Origin: Candidatus Bathyarchaeia archaeon
Lineage (GTDB): Archaea; Thermoproteota; Bathyarchaeia; Bathyarchaeales; Bathycorpusculaceae
Length of the DNA: 64,000 nucleotides
Assembly (NCBI GenBank): GCA_049521795.1
Contig: JBEKOM010000006.1
Location: 35,663-99,662, forward strand
Reading direction: 5' to 3'
The translations under genes were made by a program, and so were the position numbers. Each line of letters starts with the position of its first letter. Positions within the stretch are counted from its first letter, which is position 1. Below, piece by piece: positions 59,009 to 64,000 of the stretch. Under the pieces are notes generated by a model. It ran no database searches. It was given only the letters and a program-made list of their open reading frames with translations, and had not been told where the DNA came from.

Positions 59009-59938
59009 ATGGTTTTGAAAGATGAATATGGGCGACCGCTCCTCAACTTACGGATTGCAGTCACCAAAAGATGTGACTTGAACTGCTCATACTGTCACGG
59101 TGAGGGCGACCAGAGTCCTGGGGAAATCTGCCACGGAGAAATGATGAGTGAAGAGATCGTCCGCATCGTGAGAGTTGCTGCCAAGTTGGGCATATCCAAG
59201 GTCAAACTAACAGGCGGGGAACCTTTGATGCGTAAGGACCTTGTGGAGATTGTTCGAGGAATCGCTTCCACGCCGGGCTTGACGGATCTTTCCATGACCT
59301 CGAACGGAACCCTGCTTGCTTCAGTTGCTGAGGAACTGCATTCTGGCGGCTTGAACCGTGTGAACATAAGCCTCCCAACGCTAGATGCGGACGTCTATCA
59401 CAAACTAACCGGCGGTCGAGTGCAGAATGCGCTGGCAGGCGTAAGAGCTGCCGTCAACGCTGGATTGTGTCCAGTGAAGCTTAACATGCTTATTCTGAAG
59501 GGAGCAAATGATGCTTCTGTGCCAGAGATGATCAGGTTTGCTGAAAGAACTGGCGCGATTCTGCAGTTGATCGAGCTTGAGCCGATGAACATGAGCAGCG
59601 AATTCTATTCAATGTATCATAAGTCCTTGGAAGCGTATGAAGCAGTGTTGAAGGAAAACGCGGTGAAAGTTGAAAGCAGGCCGTATATGCATAACCGACG
59701 CGTTTACCACTTGCCGAGCTCGAGAGTTGAGGTTGTGCACCCGATAGAGAACACTGAGTTCTGCCTGCACTGTACACGTCTTCGAGTAACGAGTGACGGA
59801 AAGCTCAAGCCGTGTTTGATGAGGAATGACAACCTTGTAGACGTCTTGACACCTCTGAGAAAAGGCGCCGGCGACGAGCAACTGGCAGAACTTTTCAGAC
59901 AGGCCAACCAGAAAAGACAGCCCTACAACAAGAACTGA
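59009..59938 (+). CDS. moaA: GTP 3',8-cyclase
   Basis: LRIAVT..CDLNCSYC, LTGGEP, FCLHCTRLRVT..GKLKPCL. Confidence 0.95.
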   Translation: MVLKDEYGRPLLNLRIAVTKRCDLNCSYCHGEGDQSPGEICHGEMMSEEIVRIVRVAAKLGISKVKLTGGEPLMRKDLVEIVRGIASTPGLTDLSMTSNGTLLASVAEELHSGGLNRVNISLPTLDADVYHKLTGGRVQNALAGVRAAVNAGLCPVKLNMLILKGANDASVPEMIRFAERTGAILQLIELEPMNMSSEFYSMYHKSLEAYEAVLKENAVKVESRPYMHNRRVYHLPSSRVEVVHPIENTEFCLHCTRLRVTSDGKLKPCLMRNDNLVDVLTPLRKGAGDEQLAELFRQANQKRQPYNKN

Positions 59939-60031
59939 ACAAAAGCCCCGTTGAGAAAACAGAGCATACGCCCGAAAAGAAGATTTTTATCACACGCTTG
60001 AGTGAGAACGCGCAAAAAGGAACAGTTAAAA

Positions 60032-60949
60032 ATGGAGATCATCCCCTACAGAGAATTAGAATCGAAGGATGGCCTATTGCCGCTGCTGGACCATGCTTTT
60101 AAATGGGTTTTCAACCAAAGCATGTCTGACGGTTTCGTTAAGATCGATCCAAGATTGAGGAACGGTCCGGTCGGCTTCTGCGGGGTTGAAGATGGAAGGA
60201 TAATTGGACACGTGGGCGTGATGGATCTGGCAACGCGAACTCTGGACCGAAGTATCGAATATGCTGGCGGATTGTACGGCGTCGCGACGTTGCCAGGCTA
60301 CACTCGGAAGGGCGTCTGCACAACTCTGATGAACAAGGCACACGAATACTTTAGGAATAAGCGGTACCGTTTTTCCTTCCTGTCTACAGGCCAAGCACTC
60401 GTGGCTCATGCTCTTTACGAGAAACTGGGTTACGGTGACCTGATCGAGTATCCCAGCGTGTACAAAGTCTTTCACAACAAGAAGGCTGAGCATTATCCAA
60501 AAGAGAATATCGTGGCGTTTGACCCAGAAAAGATCCTTGCAATCTACAACGAATTTTCGAAAGAGAAGACAGGCTTTGTCGTTCGGGACAGGGCGTACAT
60601 CAAGATGCTTAAGAAGACTGAAGGAATAAGGCCCAAGCAATGCATAGTCGATGAACAAGGTTATGTCATCTTCAGGGAAGACAAGACGGGCATATGGATT
60701 AGAGAGCTTATTGCGTTGAATGCAGAACAAATGCACAAGCTCGTAGGCATTTTGGAGAACAGAACAAGAGGAGCTGTCTATGATAGGGCAGTTTTAGATG
60801 CCAGACTTTTGGAAGTCTATAGGTCCCGCGGTTACATGATTCAGAACAGGAGCTGGGGAGTCATGATGTTCAAGCCTCTGACCTCCGGCGCCTCGTTCAA
60901 GAAGACCTACGGTGATAGATTCTATCTGAGCCGCCTCGATGCCTTCTGA
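60032..60949 (+). CDS. GNAT acetyltransferase (Eis-like)
   Basis: GVATLPGYTRKGV, LYEKLGY. Confidence 0.8.
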   Translation: MEIIPYRELESKDGLLPLLDHAFKWVFNQSMSDGFVKIDPRLRNGPVGFCGVEDGRIIGHVGVMDLATRTLDRSIEYAGGLYGVATLPGYTRKGVCTTLMNKAHEYFRNKRYRFSFLSTGQALVAHALYEKLGYGDLIEYPSVYKVFHNKKAEHYPKENIVAFDPEKILAIYNEFSKEKTGFVVRDRAYIKMLKKTEGIRPKQCIVDEQGYVIFREDKTGIWIRELIALNAEQMHKLVGILENRTRGAVYDRAVLDARLLEVYRSRGYMIQNRSWGVMMFKPLTSGASFKKTYGDRFYLSRLDAF

Positions 60950-60960
60950 GCAAGTTTCAA

Positions 60961-61458
60961 TTAGAGTTTAAGTATCTTCGCTCTGCGTTTGACAGTGTCA
61001 AGCAGCGAAACAGTCGATTTGCCAGTCAAATATCCGCAGACTTCCCCTGGATTCACGACCAGCGTCCTGCCTTTCTTGTGCACTCCTTCAAGGTGCGTGT
61101 GCCCATGAACCACAACGTCAAAACTCTCGCGTTCAACTAAAGCCTCCAAGAGCTCCCCTTCGGTTCCATGCAGCAACGCAATTTTCAACCCGTCAGCTTC
61201 TACGTACGCAAAGTTTCCGCGTATCTCCAGCCGTTTGTTTTCCTTAAACCTTAACTTCAAGAGCTCGCGATCGCCATCGTTGTTGCCGAAAACGCCGATC
61301 AGTCTAGCTTTCAGATCCTTGAACCTTGGGATCACGAAAGCGGCAACATAGTCACCTGCGTGAAGCACAAGCTCAACATTTTCTTCGTTAAACCTTCTGA
61401 CTGCATTGTCAACTTGTGGAAGGTTATCGTGCGTGTCTGACATTAGTCCTATCAGCAT
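60961..61458 (-). CDS. Metallophosphoesterase (YfcE/MJ0936 family)
   Basis: SDTHDN, HAGD, GNND, GHTH, NPGE. Confidence 0.93.
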   Translation of the reverse strand: MLIGLMSDTHDNLPQVDNAVRRFNEENVELVLHAGDYVAAFVIPRFKDLKARLIGVFGNNDGDRELLKLRFKENKRLEIRGNFAYVEADGLKIALLHGTEGELLEALVERESFDVVVHGHTHLEGVHKKGRTLVVNPGEVCGYLTGKSTVSLLDTVKRRAKILKL

Positions 61459-61644
61459 TTTCTCATCATTTTGAAGATTCTCTCCTGAAGGAAATAAGGT
61501 CTTTGCAAGATGCTCTTTGGCTTCTAGAAGTTTGTTCTAGAGAATATTTCGATTCCTGAAATAGCTTGGTCTCCGAAACACTGCTTAAGAAAAGCGCCAC
61601 TTCCTTCTGCTATAGAAAACAGTTCTAAAAGAGGCATATAGAAA

Positions 61645-61998
61645 ATGAATCCTTGGGGTTCGAATCCGTCCGCCAAAAGAAGGGACAAGCTCTTCATCAT
61701 CGCCGAAATCCTGGAAATCACCATGAATGGGTCTCTAAAGACTCAGATCATGTACCGGGCAAACCTGAGTTTCACGCAACTGAATGATTACCTTAATTTC
61801 ATGTTGAGAATCAGTTTGCTGGAGATAACCTTGGAGAATGACAGAGATACATACAGAGCAACAGAAAAGGGCATGGATTTTCTGCAACGCTACCGTGAAA
61901 TAACTGAACTTCTCAAGACCGAAGAGGACAACAACGGCAAGAATGGGATCAGAATTCCTCCGCAACACCTGCTCAAGAAGAACCAAAACCTAATGTGA
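61645..61998 (+). CDS. Winged-helix protein (archaeal HTH_45-like regulator)
   Basis: RRDKLFIIAEIL..KTQIMYRANLS..Y..TEKG. Confidence 0.85.
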   Translation: MNPWGSNPSAKRRDKLFIIAEILEITMNGSLKTQIMYRANLSFTQLNDYLNFMLRISLLEITLENDRDTYRATEKGMDFLQRYREITELLKTEEDNNGKNGIRIPPQHLLKKNQNLM

Positions 61999-62077
61999 GA
62001 ACAGCCCTCGTTGGCCGCCAAAGCTTCCTTGAAAAGTCCAGAAATAGTGTTGCGGTACAGACCAACAAGCAAGACGT

Positions 62078-62200
62078 TTACTGATTTGAACCTTGTCCTT
62101 CAAGATACTTTCTAGCCTTTTCTTTCAACATTGGAAATTCGTCAAGCATAGCCTTCATGACTTGCCATCGGATTTCTTCGTTTTTCGACACAGACTTCAT
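62078..62200 (-). CDS. Very small hypothetical protein
   Basis: MKSVSKNEEIRWQVMKAMLDEFPMLKEKARKYLEG..., TTATA box upstream. Confidence 0.5.
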   Translation of the reverse strand: MKSVSKNEEIRWQVMKAMLDEFPMLKEKARKYLEGQGSNQ

Positions 62201-62511
62201 GGCTCGCTTCCCGCATATTATGTAGCAATACACAATATAAGCTTGACGGAAGATTATTCCACAAGACAGAGACAAAGGCGAGATTTACATCACAACTGAA
62301 ACTTTTGCTGACATGTCACTTGGCTTTGCAATAATCTGGAAGTCACGGTTCAACTTTTGTTGCCGAAGTGAGGGTGGTCTCTAAATAGCGGAATGTTTTC
62401 AACCGCAGAAATGTCTTGCGCTGTCCACCTTGAAGTTGGATTGAGTTTGAGTTGTTCGGTGCAACAACTCTTTTTATGTTTATCGCTCACTGTACCGTAA
62501 AGGGTGCAAAA

Positions 62512-63267
62512 ATGCGCGTGGAGGCGGTACTCTTTGACCTATTTAACACCCTAGTCTTGCTTGAAAATGACGATGCCTTCTACATGCCATCATTGAAAAG
62601 GCTCCACAATTTCTTGGTCCAGAATGGAATTGACATTCCTTTTGAAGACTTCGTTCGTGTTTACTTCGAGGTGCGAGATAGGCTTTACGAAGAAACAAGC
62701 GAGAGTCTTGAAGACCCGCACTTCAACATCAGGGTTTCACGGACGCTGGAAAAGTTCGGATACAGACTGGGAGCTTCACATTCTACCGTTGTAGGAGCCA
62801 CCGAAGCCTTCTGCGAAGAGTTCATGAAGTATGCGCGACCAGACGACGATGCAGTCTGCGTGTTGAGGAAATTGCAGAGCAAGTACAAGCTCGCGATCGT
62901 CACCAACATGTCCATTCCTGAATGTGTCCCAAAAATTCTCAAGAGGTTTGATCTCTGTGGGTTTTTTGATGTTGTTGTCATATCAGGTGCGATCAACAGG
63001 CGGAAGCCCAGCCCTGAAATCTATGAGAAGGCTTTGGAAGTGCTAGGCATCATGGCAGACAAAGCGGTTTTTGTAGGCGACACGCCAAGAACGGACATCA
63101 AAGGTGCGAAAAAGGTCGGCCTCAAAACTGTCCTTATCGAGAGAGAGCAACCATCACAAGGTTCGTTATCTCTTACGTACGAACTACCGGGAGCAAATGA
63201 GAAAGTCCTGCCAGACGGAGTCATCAAGAACCTGAGAGAGTTACTAGACTTGCTTGAAGATTGTTGA
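62512..63267 (+). CDS. HAD-superfamily hydrolase
   Basis: FDLFNTL, IVTN, KPSPEIY, FVGD..TDI.GA. Confidence 0.9.
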   Translation: MRVEAVLFDLFNTLVLLENDDAFYMPSLKRLHNFLVQNGIDIPFEDFVRVYFEVRDRLYEETSESLEDPHFNIRVSRTLEKFGYRLGASHSTVVGATEAFCEEFMKYARPDDDAVCVLRKLQSKYKLAIVTNMSIPECVPKILKRFDLCGFFDVVVISGAINRRKPSPEIYEKALEVLGIMADKAVFVGDTPRTDIKGAKKVGLKTVLIEREQPSQGSLSLTYELPGANEKVLPDGVIKNLRELLDLLEDC

Positions 63268-63299
63268 CCATGAATAAATAAGAACATAATGATGTTGAA

Positions 63300-63316
63300 A
63301 GAAACGTTTATATGTG
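63300..63316 (+). promoter_or_regulatory. rRNA operon promoter (BRE/TATA)
   Basis: GAAACGTTTATAT about 270 nt upstream of the 16S 5' end, followed by a structured leader. Confidence 0.6.
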
Positions 63317-63582
63317 CTTGGACGCCTCACTGTCTTTTTGGCAATCAGTTAGCTCCGCAATTTTTCGGCGGCGGCTCAACTCCGACCTCAACGGCGCAAA
63401 GTCGCCATATGGAATGAGGACTGTTGGCCTCCAGTTGCGGGGACAGCAATGTGGACCTGACAAGCTAATCCGTTAGGTCTGAATTGGGCTTTGGCGTAAA
63501 GTGGTTTATTCCCCTCCAAATCCAGTCGACTTTGCGGTTGTACAGCCGATAAACGAATATCTGGCTGGTCAATGTGGAGCAA

Positions 63583-64000
<418 letters not shown>

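Noticed and set aside
63388-63582. 64-aa minus-strand ORF
   Set aside because: Antisense to the rRNA leader; spurious.

Overview
Archaeal chromosomal window, most likely Bathyarchaeia. This is inferred from the archaeal 16S 5' end, the SRP RNA, Cdc6/Orc1 and Bathyarchaeia-like paralogue families. The core region carries a four-subunit 2-oxoacid:ferredoxin oxidoreductase operon, a HerA/NurA pair, a DEAD-box helicase, two PfkA-family kinases plus class II aldolase, galT/glycogen debranching/tpiA, moaCBA, tRNA-Asn, tRNA-Ser, SRP RNA and the start of a 16S rRNA gene. The most striking part is a ~15 kb AT-richer island (19966-35046) integrated in the 3' end of tRNA-Ser(GCT) and bounded by a perfect 25-bp direct repeat. 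It encodes several HEPN, PD-(D/E)xK and HD proteins but no recognisable tyrosine or serine integrase and no methyltransferase. Instead the att core lies in frame inside the 5' end of a 524-aa wHTH + PD-(D/E)xK gene, with an in-frame N-terminal piece at the other end of the island, like an SSV-type split integrase. A ~90-bp element with inverted arms recurs between the cargo genes. All product calls come from motif recognition by eye; no database searches were run.
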